From: Catajapyx aquilonaris
Lineage: Eukaryota
Assembly (NCBI GenBank): GCA_000934665.2
Contig: JYFJ02003532.1
Span: 1-40,451 of the forward strand
Length of the DNA: 40,451 nucleotides
Direction of reading: 5' to 3'
Both the position numbers and the translations under genes were made by a program. Below the pieces are notes generated by a model that saw only the letters and a list, made by a program, of their open reading frames with translations, had not been told where the DNA came from and did no database searches. Positions 23,665-34,742 of the stretch are shown in pieces (position 1 is the first letter of the stretch; the number at the start of each line of letters is the position of its first letter).

Positions 23665-23758
23665 TAGGGTGGCCATTTCCAAATCTCCAAAAAGGACACA
23701 TCTGCTATGTATAGGCTATGTAATACAGTACATAGCTTATGTGCAGTCATATACTGTA

Positions 23759-24291
23759 TACAGGGTGTTTCAGAGTCACGGGTCAAGCGCGCGCGAGGGG
23801 GTGGGGAAATATCGTAGGTGGCGACAACCCAGGTCGGTTTTAAAAAACAATTAGAAATACGGGAGTAATCAATTATTTTATTATGGCGTGACGTCACATC
23901 CTTTCTGTTCGAATTGACTGGCGCAGACTGGCAAGTGCAGTGGGTTGAACCGCTTTTTAGCCTTGCGGGTTGCACTGAAAAAGACGCTTTCATGCTATAC
24001 CTGTAGGGTACTGTACAAAGTAGTGTGTACAGTACCCTGCCTTGCTAGTGAGAGCGCCTTTTTCAGTGCAACCCGCAAGGCTAAAAGCTGTCCAACCAGG
24101 TTCAACCCACTGTACTTGCCAGTCGACGCCAGTCAATTCGAACAGAAAAGATGTGACGTCACGCCGTAATAAAGTAATTGATTACTCCCGTATTTCTAAT
24201 TGTTTTATAAAACCGACCAGGGTTGTCGCCACCTACTATATTTCCCCACCCCCTCGCGCGCGCTTGACCCGTGACTCTAAAACACCCTGTA
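23759..24291. mobile_element. Near-fully palindromic Tc1/mariner-type MITE
   Basis: TA|CAGGGTGTTTCAGAGTCACGGGTCAAGCGCGCGCGAGGGG ... CCCCTCGCGCGCGCTTGACCCGTGACTCTAAAACACCCTG|TA; arms of ~250 bp. Confidence 0.92.
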
Positions 24292-25045
24292 TGTATTTAC
24301 TGCCATACAGTTACATTACTTTACACTTAAAATTTGTCACAAAATTGTGTTTACCTAAACTTAAGGAGTCAAAGAGTGAATGCTATTCAATATAACTTAC
24401 TGTATATCTGTCAGTTCATATCAAATTATCCTTTTTTTTTACCTCATGATAACTGAAATACACAAATTACCAAAGTATTGTACTTAACACACTAATGACT
24501 AAAATCTTAAGCCTAAAAATGTAATTTAAATCAAACATGTTTTATGATCATTGATTAGTTGAAATATATAAAAAGGCGTAAAAAACACAGTACTTAAGAG
24601 AATTTGTCAAGTGGCACTATAATGAGATGAATGCTATATTGCGGTATTAATGAATCGCAAATTTTTAAAAAAGGGGATAAGTCACAGTAACCAAACTTTT
24701 CAGGAAGCATGAAATCTACCCCAGAACCCTCTGTGTTAGAAAGGTGGAATTTTACTGAGAAGACATCATAACCATCCCAAGGAGATCCGTGGGATTTTTA
24801 TTTAGGTAACTCAATTACAGTTATTTGACTTAACCCTCTTTTTACAAAGTTTCTGAAATACACTAGAAAATAATGCAAACAAATATTTTGTAGCATAGTT
24901 ATGTACTTCACTGTGCCGCATCACTTTGCATTATTAATCATCCTCTTATTCCTCTACATCCCATGCGAAAATGAATTGTAGAACTCGAAGTGGTTTTCAG
25001 GGTCGTACTGGAGTAGATGCTCTGTAATTGACACAAAACTCCATA

Positions 25046-25496
25046 TACAGGGTGACTAATGTCTGGACACAGGTAATGTAGTTTGTACTGTTGGCTGACA
25101 AACCGAAGCAGTAGTGGTGGAGTGGATAGGGTGTCCGACTGCTAATCGGGAGGTCCTGGGTTCGAATCCCGGAGGCCGGCGACCCTGACCATGGTTTTCT
25201 GTGGTTTCCCATGGTCCTTGCAGGATAATTCCGGGGTCGTTACCGTAATATAGGCCACAGCCGCTTCCTTCCTTCCCTTTCCCTGCTTCATTTCGATGAT
25301 GAGAAAATAGTAAAAAATGGAAGAGTTCCAGACAAAAAAATTGGGAGAAATCCCCCCCTAGGAAGGCCCGTAGGCTGATAATGGGGTATCAAATTATTAT
25401 AATAATTATTACTGTTGGCTGACAATTATTGGAATCATGGCAACCAGCAATACAATATTATTACCGATATGTCCAGATCTTACGAATCACCCTGTA
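25046..25496. mobile_element. Small Tc1/mariner-type MITE interrupted by a SINE
   Basis: TACAGGGTGACT..TCTGGACA ... TGTCCAGA..TCACCCTGTA. Confidence 0.7.
25102..25409 (+). mobile_element. tRNA(Arg-like)-derived SINE, family 2
   Basis: Head ..AGTGGATAGGGTGTCCGACTGCTAATCGGGAGGTCCTGGGTTCGAATCCC and (ATT)n tail. 16-bp TSD TACTGTTGGCTGACAA at 25086-25101 and 25410-25425. Confidence 0.93.
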
Positions 25497-25788
25497 GTCG
25501 AATGAATCGTCTGACTGGCACCATTCTTGCATGTTTTCATGTGTCTTTGGGTGGAGAATTTTAGGGTGTGAATAACTCAAAATCGTGACTTACCCCTTTT
25601 TTCTTTGGCATTCATTTTTTCTCAAATGAATTTTCAAAACATACTCAACACATAGCAGTCGCGTACCTGGGTGGTGTAAATGGAGCCAATATTAACAATG
25701 GTTTTTCAAATAAAAATACGTCAGTGGTATATTGTGGCCTTCCTGAACTTTCCACTGTTCTAGTACCGGTCAGGAAATATTTATAATT

Positions 25789-26485
25789 GAGGCGCTCAGA
25801 GGAAGAACGACATATCCCAACCGGAGTTCATTTCGAGAAAAGTGGCTTTTTGTGTTTTGCTTTACCATGCAGCTAAAGCTACAGACAAATTTTACAAGTG
25901 GAATACAGGGTGTCCCTTACTATAGTTGCCCTTCCATCTGGCAGTGCACTCATTGGCCCAAAACAAGTCGTAAATGTAGGGAGGAGAAATGTCGAGGCAG
26001 TAACCGGTAACGAGATAAATGATGATCAAGATGAGGTTGCCCCTAAGACAATCGTGGCCACCCACTCACCGGCTTTTCTGCGGGAGGAGCGGCAATCGGT
26101 TCGACTCCCTCACGTGTAGGGGTTGCCTAGGGGGCAGGATATGAACCTGACATTGCGACCTGAGCACAAGACGACCTTGCTAAATCCCACTCGTTTTTCC
26201 CTTGTAGGCTGCATTTAATGCATCTGTTGCCCAGCTGAATGGAAGGTGGGGTGAACAAGGTGAATAATGACAGCCGAATCACCTTAACTGATTATTATCC
26301 CCACGCTGGTTTAAGCCAAGTGCTCAGAACATGCCGGAAATGACGGGATAGTCAATTTTCTGCATTTTCGATACTAATTGCCATGTACAATATTCTGATG
26401 GTGACAATTTATTCCAGCACACAGATCTTCCAAATCTCAAAATTGGAGGTCGGTTGGGATATGCTGTTCTTCCTCTGAGCGCCTC
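25789..26485. mobile_element. Sola-like MITE containing a fragment of another MITE family
   Basis: AATT|GAGGCGCTCAGAGGAAGAAC..CATATCCCAACCG ... CGGTTGGGATATG..GTTCTTCCTCTGAGCGCCTC|AATT. Internal ~25903-26150 resembles ~39350-39555. Confidence 0.8.
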
Positions 26486-26591
26486 AATTCTTTTTAGACG
26501 GGCCCCAAAAAGAAAGACAAATTAACGTCCTTCTTGAGGTGGTGAAGGACAAAGGACAGAGTGCTCAAAGGAAGGACGTCTGGCCACCCTA

Positions 26592-26680
26592 AGTGTGACA
26601 CATACATCTGGCAAGGCAGGGGAAAGAGAGCTATTTTCTATTATGAGGAGGTGAGCAAGGTTTTGCACTGTGGTGGTTTT
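26592..26680 (-). pseudogene. hAT transposase relic (upstream half)
   Basis: Translates KTTTVQNLAHLLIIENSSLSPALPDVCVT, the kind of segment that precedes LTLPVTVASAERSFS in hAT transposases. Confidence 0.7.
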
Positions 26681-26775
26681 TGATCTCTTTATGGAAAGCA
26701 ACTCAATAAATGCTGTGTTACGGTTTTCTAAGAAATGAAGTGTTTATCTTATAGAGACTCTACTTGTACTGTATG

Positions 26776-26899
26776 TACCTGGTGTCCAACAAGAATTGTC
26801 GCAAGCGGCAGCGCACGAACTACAGTCTCTCGTATACCTGTGCTCGTAGATTGTAGTTCGTGCGCTGCCGCTGCGACAATTCTTGTTGGACTGATAGTA
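26776..26899. mobile_element. Small palindromic MITE (second copy at 34006-34149)
   Basis: GTCCAACAAGAATTGTCGCAAGCGGCAGCGCACGAACTACA pairs with TGTAGTTCGTGCGCTGCCGCTGCGACAATTCTTGTTGGAC. Confidence 0.85.
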
Positions 26900-27290
26900 C
26901 AGTCCTGCTCATAAAGAATGGTACGACTCTATGGACGAAATGTTTATCCTAATTATTGAGCATTATTCCCAGCCTTAATTCGACAAAACCCTATGGACAA
27001 CCTTTTCTGGACCTCTGGTGACTCGTATGACCCATCCAGATTTTTAAATTAAAATTTTAATGACCAAAATGTTCAACCCGGTGCAATGCTTACGTAAATT
27101 GGATGTGAATTTCCCCCCTAAAATTTTCCCACTTTGATTTTTTTTTTCCTTCTCTTTTTTATTTTATTTTGATTCCCTTTCCCCGGACTTCCTCGTGACC
27201 CCTAAAAACATGCTGGCGACCTAGGGGTTGGGAACAGAATAAACATTTCGTCCATGTGGAGTCGTACCATTCTTTATGAACGGTACTGTA
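26898..27290. mobile_element. Tc1-like MITE, same family as 21670-22073
   Basis: TACAGTCCTGCTCATAAAGAATGGTACGACTC ... GAGTCGTACCATTCTTTATGAACGGTACTGTA; interior is the inverted homolog of 21670-22073. Confidence 0.87.
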
Positions 27291-27358
27291 CAATTTAAGG
27301 CAACACAAAACAAAATACATAAGTAGTTCAGTAGAGTATTTGATGAGAAAACATATAT

Positions 27359-27614
27359 CGCATCCCGGCAATAACAGGGGCACAAGTCCAAAAAGTCAAT
27401 TTCACAGGAGAGCACTTTGAAAGTTGTATGGTGTTGGTATAGTGTTATCATAAATCAGGTATTGATGCAGCATTCGAATAATCAGAATAATTAATTTTTA
27501 ATTTTTTAAAATCAGAATATGCATTCTGAATGTGCACACGGTCATGGACCCTGCTCTAGTAATAAGTCAAAATCGTCATTTTTGGACTTGTGCCCCTGTT
27601 ATTGCCGGGATGCG
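27359..27614. mobile_element. MITE with perfect ~34-bp TIRs, ATAT-flanked
   Basis: ATAT|CGCATCCCGGCAATAACAGGGGCACAAGTCCAAAAA ... TTTTTGGACTTGTGCCCCTGTTATTGCCGGGATGCG|ATAT. Confidence 0.85.
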
Positions 27615-28722
27615 ATATGGTGAAAAAATCTAAAATACTTGTCTGATTGCTGTGGCTGTTGTTGGCACTAATCTACATAATTTATGCAGTTACTTTAATG
27701 GCTATCAAAAGTATTAGTGGATTGTAGGACACCATTGTTTCCCTTGCTGCCGTTCGCCACTCATAAGAATTGGCAAATTTCCCAAAATTCAACAGGTAAT
27801 TGGGGCTGATGCCATCACTGAAATGTGATGTATCTGCATTCTCCCACTACATTAGACTTTCATGAAGTCGTTCAGCTTGCTTATTCTGTGATTTATATGC
27901 ACAACTTCGAGAAATAATTTTTTTCCCCAATCGTCCTATATATAGGACGCTGGGAACAAATGGGTTAATGAGCTGTCCAGTGATAGGCATGAATCCACAC
28001 CTGAGTCCACAGGCATGAGCATTCACAAAATGCATTGATATAAATGAGTTTCACTTCTGAAACACAATATATTAACTTCATTTCTCTTCCTGAAGTAGAC
28101 GTAGAAGTTCAATTTATGGACATCACTGCTGTTCCTGTTTGGTTTTCTGTCACATGCAGGAAGATCAGGGCACATCTATAAACACATTGGGTAACTATGG
28201 TCATATTTTAATACTTTGTTAGAAACATCAGTATTGTTCTGAACATGACTTCTCAGAACCTCTATGAAAATATACAAGTATTGTTTACAGTTGGCTGTAA
28301 CTTGACAAGTCTAATCACAGCTTCAATGGGAGGAGCATCACATGGAAAATTCTTGCTGCATTCCATTTGTTTAATTGCCATAGTCCACATGATCTCCTGT
28401 CACAGCAGAAGTATTTCACACACCAGCAGCCTCACTCTTGAATTTTGCTTTATTTCACACAGGATTTCCCATTGTCCCAGATGTGGAGCATATGAGACCA
28501 CTCACTGGTTAAGTCTGCTGGTTTGCAAGTACCACAATTAAGAGACATGAATTTGGAAGTAAGTGGCAAAACAAACTTTACAAGTACCCTCGAGTCATCT
28601 CAAATGCAGTGTTAAGCTTTTGCTTGCACTAGGACTAAGAAAGATCAACAGATAAGGCAGAAAGAGAAGAAAAGATATCCCTTCATGGTGAAGGCATAGG
28701 ATTCCATGATGGGCCATACTCA

Positions 28723-28952
28723 TTACTGCAGGGGCTCATGGTCTTCTGGATATACTAATAAAATTTGATCTCCTTCCTGCATGTTGTAAGAATATAACTT
28801 TTTTGCAGGATATTTCATTTCTTCTGGGCCACGATCAATGTAAAACATCCGCACACGGCTTGCCGATTGCTTGGTGGAGTGAAATGAACTCTCCAGACGT
28901 GAGCGAAGTTCTGCAACTGTCCAGTACACATCTGCCACCAAACTAGTCGATT
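28723..28952 (-). CDS. TBCEL: TBCEL coding exon 6 (last; ubiquitin-like domain)
   Basis: Acceptor CCCTGGTAG| in phase 1. Reads (E)STSLVADVYWTVAELRSRLE..VRMFYIDRGPEEMKYPAKKLYSYNMQEGDQILL..LQ*, matching the TBCEL C-terminal TVAEL..GPEEMKY..L.S....GD motif. Confidence 0.9.
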
Positions 28953-29049
28953 CTACCAGGGTGAGATACGTAACATTATAAAACTCGTCCATGTATGCAA
29001 GTAATACTATAGTTAGCCGGTTTTTAACTTTTTTTCATAGAACCAGCCC

Positions 29050-30203
29050 TTAATCCCTTCACCCCCAGCTACGTATATCGCCTAGATTTTCATTTCTGTT
29101 AAACTTACATGTACACTGAAGATAAAACATAAGATATTTTACCAATAATAACAGCTATACTTACATGTTCATGCTCTACGCTAAGTATGTGTTTAGAACA
29201 ATTTTCCTCATCTAGAAGTCCCTAAATTAATTTCCAAAAAGATCGCTGTAACTTCCACCGACTAGATTTTCACTTGCACTTACTCTGAAGATAGGACAAG
29301 ATATTTCACAAATAATAACAGATACACTTACACGTTCATGCTCTACACCATGAATGTGTTGGAAACCATTTTCACTGTCTAGAAGTTCCTAAATTAATTT
29401 TCAAAAGTAATAACTTGAAATTCAAGTACTACTGGCTAACCATTAGGCCATCACCTAGATTTTCACTTAACATGTACTCTGAAGATAAGAAGATATTTTA
29501 CCAAATAATAACAGCTATACTTACACGTTCATTGAAAATACTATGAATGTGTTTGGAACCATTTTCCCCCTCTAGAAGTTCCTAAATTAATTTCCAAAAA
29601 GATAGCTGTAAAAAAACTAGAGATTTGACAATTTATTATCATGTTTAGTACGAGTAAAAATTATTCTTTTACCAGCCATTGTAAGGATCTGATAGTTTGA
29701 ATATTTCCGGACCGGTTAGATTAGCCCAACATAAGTGAAGATGGACGTGCATGTATAGCTGTTATTTTGTGTAAAATATCTTATCCATATCTTTAGCGTA
29801 CTCGTAAGGGGTCGTCCATATACCACGTGACCGATTTTCCGGCACTTTTTGACCCCCCCCCCCCCTCCCCCCCAGTGACCGACCATGGTATCCATTGGAA
29901 CCCCCCCCCCNTCAATGTTATCAGAAAAAACGCGATCGAAAATGATAGCTCCTCAACAAAATTGTTTAAGCACGTAAAAAACAAGTCCATGTTTTTGGGG
30001 TCGCTGATTTCGAATTTTAGGTTATTTTGAACCCTTGTGCGTCTGTAAAAGCTCCCATATGTGCCGATTCACCGTGTTCAGAGATATATCATGAATTTCC
30101 GCCGCCCCCCTCCCCCTCCCCCCAAAACGGTCACGGGGTATATGGACGACCCCTAAGTGAAAAACTAGGCGATGGCGAGTATAGCTGGGGGTGAAGGAGT
30201 TAA
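29050..30203. mobile_element. piggyBac-like non-autonomous element with internal tandem repeats
   Basis: TTAA|TCCCTTCACCCCCAGCTA ... TAGCTGGGGGTGAAGGAG|TTAA. Three ~180-190-bp units start at 29081, 29261 and 29454. Confidence 0.8.
29808..30153. mobile_element. Nested PIF/Harbinger-like MITE
   Basis: TAA|GGGGTCGTCCATATACCACGTGACCG ... CGGTCACGGGGTATATGGACGACCCC|TAA (3-bp TAA TSD). Confidence 0.85.
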
Positions 30204-30349
30204 TGGCACTGAACTTACTGACTTAGGTCAAATATATGACAGCAAAACTTCATTCTTCCTGTAATAAATGGCTGATGTAACCGGATGAAATTTCATACAG
30301 TTCTTCAACTTCCTTTTTAGTGTCAATATGCCAGCCTCATTCAAATTAA

Positions 30350-30856
30350 GGGGGCGCATAAGTAAAAAAATACGGCAACAATCGGTAACAATGCGAGCCC
30401 TTGGTGACTACGTAAACAAACTCGCGTTTGCATGGACAGCATATGGGGATTCGACATGTCCACGTTTCTGCGGCCGTACGGCCACAAAAATGGAGCAATG
30501 GACACAAAAATTACACCAAAAAATAGGACACGATCTGGCGCAGGGCACCTTCGGCGTCATTTTACCATTTTCGGCCTAGAAGTGACCTTTTCATCGAGTT
30601 GAAGTGAAAGGAAAATGGCGTTCCCGAGAAGCCCATTTGAATAACATGGCGGCAGGAACGCGACAAATTCGGGAACGCTTCGGCGCCCGTATGTCCACAA
30701 TTTTAATGCAATCATATCGAATATGGTACCATAGTAAAGGCCAAACCTTTCCGCAGGGCACCTTCGGCGTGATTTTTCCGACTAACCGTCCGTTTCGCCA
30801 CAAAAAATAAAATTCCCTCAAAAATGCGCCTACCGTATTTTTACTCATGCGCCCCC
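30350..30856. mobile_element. TTAA-flanked MITE, Kolobok-like
   Basis: TTAA|GGGGGCGCATAAGTAAAAAAATACGG ... CCGTATTTTTACTCATGCGCCCCC|TTAA. The internal repeat GCAGGGCACCTTCGGCGT occurs twice. Confidence 0.8.
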
Positions 30857-30940
30857 TTAAACTAAGCCTATCAACAATACATAGTTATGAATAAGGACAG
30901 GAACAAACAGGCTCAACATTCACAAGTTTCATAGGATAAA

Positions 30941-31706
30941 CTATTGTTTATCCGCACCTTAACAACACGGTCAGTGTTAGGCCTCTCGAGGGTTGGCAAC
31001 GTTGCGTCGCAAACAATCGGGTGCCTATTGATACTGCTGCATGGTTACATGGAGCTGTGCTTTATTCTTCTTTTCGGCCTTTCGGGATTCAATTCGGGAT
31101 TTTGAGGTGATTAAGTGGATGGAATAGCCCTTTGTCTTTGTATTGCTGTATGGCTTTTTGTTACCGCAACAGTACTGTACATTGTTGTGGCCCTGCCAGG
31201 CATGGTAGGTCGCCCGTGCGTGATATTTTTAGTTTTTGCGGAGCGAAAGCGGAGCTGGGCGCTTATTGTGGGTTTCTGTATCCGCAACATTTACTGTCCG
31301 TCTTGTGGCGCCGCAGGCCAACGAACGTTATTGTGGCTTTGCCAAGCGCGAAGTACACCTTCACACAGTCATGACGCCAAGTTCCGCCCGCCGCCACCCG
31401 GCTCTCCCCTCCAATCATGCCCACGACTCACTCTGCAGGCATACTACTGCACACGCTCAGAAAACATGGCTGGTGTGACATCATATCGTTCTTTGGGTTA
31501 ACGGACTGCAGCAACCATCATGGCTTTCATATTTCCCACCTCCTTCATTAATACTGTGGTCCTAGTGCTCGTCTGAACAGTTCGGATGGCAGGGGTAAGA
31601 AGACGCCCTTTGTTGTGCTCTCCCGGCAACCGGTTGTTTGCAACGCGTAGCCAACATGTTTGGACCTGCCAATCCCACTGCGTCGCTAGGTGCGGATAAA
31701 CGATAG
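30941..31706. mobile_element. TIR element of uncertain superfamily
   Basis: CTATTGTTTATCCGCACCT ... AGGTGCGGATAAACGATAG; CpG-rich interior; no clear TSD. Confidence 0.7.
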
Positions 31707-32019
31707 ACTTTCCGTTTCATCTAATCAAGGAACAAACTGTTGACATTGGAGTTCCAACTGCAATAAGGTACAAGTCAACCATAGCATTGAATCGTAGATT
31801 ATGTGTGATAACATCAGAAATGATCAGGAGTGGAATGCTGCCCACCTCCAGCATTGGGGTAGGGTAATGCATGGTAGATTATGAACTTCAGTCCTGGGTG
31901 CACAGCAGGATCTACCGACGGAAATGCAAATAAATCCGTCCCTGCCCCACTTTTGGAGCTGTTAATTACTCTATGTTCCACTCTATCCAGTATGTTCTGC
32001 CCAATTTGGACCCACCCAC

Positions 32020-32135
32020 CTTTCGTTTTCTGGGCAGTCTCCACAGTTACATTGATTGCAATGAATCGTGCGGGTTGGAGGTTCACCTCCACCAGAGGGT
32101 CAAGTTGTCCATGGATGCTAACCAGCTCATGGTAC
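32020..32135 (-). CDS. TBCEL: TBCEL coding exon 5
   Basis: TTTGCAG| acceptor (phase 2); (R)YHELVSIHGQLDPLVEVNLQPARFIAINVTVETAQKTK; donor AAAG|GTGGGT in phase 1, matching exon 6. Confidence 0.88.
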
Positions 32136-32244
32136 CTGCAAATGATCCCCAAGTAATGCTTGGAGTAACTCAACTGCACAGTCACATGCAGTGGTGGCAT
32201 TATTTCAAATAATATCCGAAGAATGAATTATGACTCTGTATTAC

Positions 32245-32405
32245 CTGGAAGGCTTGTCTGCAGGATCACAGTTCATATACCGGCGAATGAATGCTCTCTC
32301 TGCATCTTCTCTCTCATCTTTAGATATTACAGCACCTCCATTAAGTTTGTTCAAGTTAGGGATCCTGGCAATGACCAGCTGACGACGCTCATGTTCTGTG
32401 CAATC
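32245..32405 (-). CDS. TBCEL: TBCEL coding exon 4 (LRRcap region; absent from the ORF track)
   Basis: TTTGTAG|; DCTEHERRQLVIARIPNLNKLNGGAVISKDEREDAERAFIRRYMNCDPADKPS(R); donor CAG|GTAATA; 161 nt. Confidence 0.93.
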
Positions 32406-32734
32406 CTACAAATAGAATTGTGGTTGCGATTAAGTATTATATTTCAGACCTAATGGTATGCTCTCATGAGTTCAATTTCACCATTTTCATTACAGATGGG
32501 ATTTCTTTAAGCACAATAAGTGACTTTACTGGGATTTGTTTAACTTATGTTTCTCACGACAGAGGTAGATAAAACAGTTCATCCTTTTGAGACATATAAA
32601 TCCAGTTAGCATCCCTCAAGACACAAAATGATACAATTTTGGCCCATTGCACTCGTGATAAAGTACTTGTAGAGCACTAATTGGGCAGTGTGCAATTATA
32701 GCTCTGGAAAACAGTAATACGCATGTCCTATTAC

Positions 32735-33043
32735 CTCTAGAATGGGACAAGCTTGGAGCCTCAGTTCTTGAAGACTTGGGAAGGAACGAAGTCTATCCAG
32801 ATCTTCCCAACAACTGAGCAAAGTGTTGTTTAGGTTGAGGGTACACAGGTGAGAGAAGATTGCACTGAGGGGTGGTGGTGGCTGCCGCTGTTGCTGATCT
32901 TGAACTGGGGATGGAGATGGGGGTGGGGAGGGAGGCCCACTGCCACTATTTATCAGGCTTGTGATAGGGCAGTCAGCTAATACCAAAACTTTCAAATGTG
33001 GGAATGCAGCATCCAGTCGTTCCACCTCACACCACTGGCTGAC
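32735..33043 (-). CDS. TBCEL: TBCEL coding exon 3 (LRRs)
   Basis: CTGCAG|; VSQWCEVERLDAAFPHLKVLVLADCPI...FSHLCTLNLNNTLLSCWEDLDRLRSFPSLQELRLQACPILE; GAG|GTAATA; 309 nt. Confidence 0.93.
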
Positions 33044-33128
33044 CTGCAGAGCAGAAGCGTCAAGCATGCAGGAAATAGCACGATGGAAAGTTTTGGGGTG
33101 GAAAACAAGCTGCCAAAATCAAACCTAC

Positions 33129-33419
33129 TGGGTTGGCATTGAAGAAAAGCCTCTGGACTCTTGGATGTGCCATATGTACAACATCCTCTTCAATATGACA
33201 AAACTGGTTCAGAGCCAATCCTAACTCTTCCAAGCCTGGGCAAGAAGGTAGGATGGTTGATAAGCTGCTCCAGGTCAAATTTGTTCCATTCAGGATTAGA
33301 GTGGTAAGGTGAGGAAATTGCTGTTGCTGAAGAATTCCTGATTGCATGGGGCAGTTGAGCTTGTTAAAGCCTAGGTTAACAAACTTCAGCTTGGGCATGC
33401 TGGACATAATCTGGAACAC
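33129..33419 (-). CDS. TBCEL: TBCEL coding exon 2 (LRRs)
   Basis: CCAACAG|; VFQIMSSMPKLKFVNLGFNKL...FPHLTTLILNGTNLTW...CPGLEELGLALN...LFFNANP; CCA|GTAGGT; 291 nt; followed by an 85-nt intron. Confidence 0.92.
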
Positions 33420-33678
33420 CTGTTGGAATGAAAAACCACTAAGTGTAAGTCAAAAACTTTCAACACTGTCAGCAGATCAAACATTATGCCCACCTGAATC
33501 CATGTGTTTATTTAGGACACTGAGTGAACTTGTGGGAATTGTGACGGTTAATTTAAATTAAATTTAATGAAATTTATTGCAAATTAAATGTAATGAAATT
33601 TAATGCAAAATTTCACTAACTGGTAGTTCCATCTATACCGGTTCTTTGGTCCAAGACACCATCCATATAGTTACATAA

Positions 33679-33683
<5 letters not shown>

Positions 33684-33713
<30 letters not shown>

Positions 33714-33967
33714 GATACCCCGTGATAGGCCCCTTGGGCCTCTTAGGGGATCATCTTTTGAATATCCGACTTTAATAATTTGCCTGTAATGTGATGGATT
33801 TTGATAGTGGGAGGAAACGGGAGAACCCCGAGAAAACCTACGCAAACACGGAGAGAACCCATCAAAACTCTATCCACATAAATATCCTCCGTCCGACTCG
33901 GGGATCGAACTCGGGACCTTAGAGGTGGAAGGCTGCGGCGCTAACCACTCGGCCACCGTGTCGTCCT
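33684..33967 (-). mobile_element. tRNA-derived SINE, family 3
   Basis: Homologous to 12371-12680, with (ATT)n tail. TSD GTTACATAAATATA at 33670-33683 and 33968-33981. Confidence 0.92.
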
Positions 33968-34005
33968 GTTACATAAATATATTTATGCCAGATTTTCTAT
34001 CATTG

Positions 34006-34149
34006 TACTATCAGTCCACCAAGAATTGTCGCAGCGGCAGCACACGAACTACAGTCTACGAGCACTTCTCCATTGACTTCTCCCCCCGGAAGTCTTGTAA
34101 CTGTAGTTCGTGCGCTGCAGCTGTGACAATTCATGGTGGACTGATAGTA
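34006..34149. mobile_element. Small palindromic MITE, same family as 26776-26899
   Basis: TACTATCAGTCCACCAAGAATTGTCGCAGC ... GCTGTGACAATTCATGGTGGACTGATAGTA. Confidence 0.85.
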
Positions 34150-34511
34150 CCTGTGGATTCAGTGAGGGGTCAAAAGTCACAGGGTTTTTATATGCTGAAG
34201 CTCCAATTGGAGTGGGCATAGGTGTAGGGTAACTCAATGACATGTAAAAATATAGATAGCCAATGACTAAAGAACATGAATAAAATTCTAGTGTTTCGGG
34301 AGTTCATGCCAACTAAACAGAGAAGTGCAAGAAATTGATACAAAGTTCCATTCTAAAATGTGTGCCCTAGCCATGCAACCTCCCATTTTATCAGTGCATT
34401 CAGACATAAGTGGTCAGGCTTTATTCCCCAATAAAACTTGATACAATTATTTGGCCAACGATACTACCACTTAACTATTTCATATAAATCATATCGAAGG
34501 AAGTAGCTTAC

Positions 34512-34742
34512 CTGATTCCAGTCGGAAAGCTTATTCTGTGCCAAGTCAAGTTCCTGAACTTGGCTGCATTGCGAACGCAACTTCTCCGGATCTCCCGCGC
34601 AGTCTATGTGGCAATCATCTAGGACGAGGAGCGTGGGCAGTGACGTGCGTGGACTCTTCCGTGGAACATATATGGCAATGGGAAGCTCCTCGCCTTCCTG
34701 CTCCCCATACTTTTCCTCCAAGGCTTCCAGGATGCTTCTCAT
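34512..34742 (-). CDS. TBCEL: TBCEL coding exon 1 (from the ATG at 34742; exon acceptor at 34766)
   Basis: MRSILEALEEKYGE...PTLLVLDDCHIDCAGDPEKLRSQCSQVQELDLAQNKLSDWNQ, a TBCEL-type N-terminus with no CAP-Gly domain (unlike TBCE). Donor CAG|GTAAGC. The pyrimidine-rich acceptor TTTCCTTTGTTCGTGTAG| upstream implies a further 5' exon. Confidence 0.92.

Larger units (their letters stand above)
23665..26591. mobile_element. hAT-type non-autonomous element (composite, with several nested insertions) splitting the hAT relic
   Basis: TAGGGTGGCCA at 23665 and TGGCCACCCTA ending 26591. Degenerate 8-bp TSD (TGTGCGAC / AGTGTGAC, offset by an extra TA). The interrupted transposase frame continues on the far side. 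Confidence 0.75.

Noticed and set aside
30204..30345. Possible alternative TBCEL exon in the last intron (LTLKRKLKNCMKF..)
   Set aside because: No convincing acceptor or phase match and no UBL motif; exon 6 at 28952 fits phase and motif exactly.
34512..34742. Assignment as TBCE rather than TBCEL
   Set aside because: There is no N-terminal CAP-Gly domain, and the EKY, CAGD, ERxDAERxFIR and GPEEMKY motifs are TBCEL-type.
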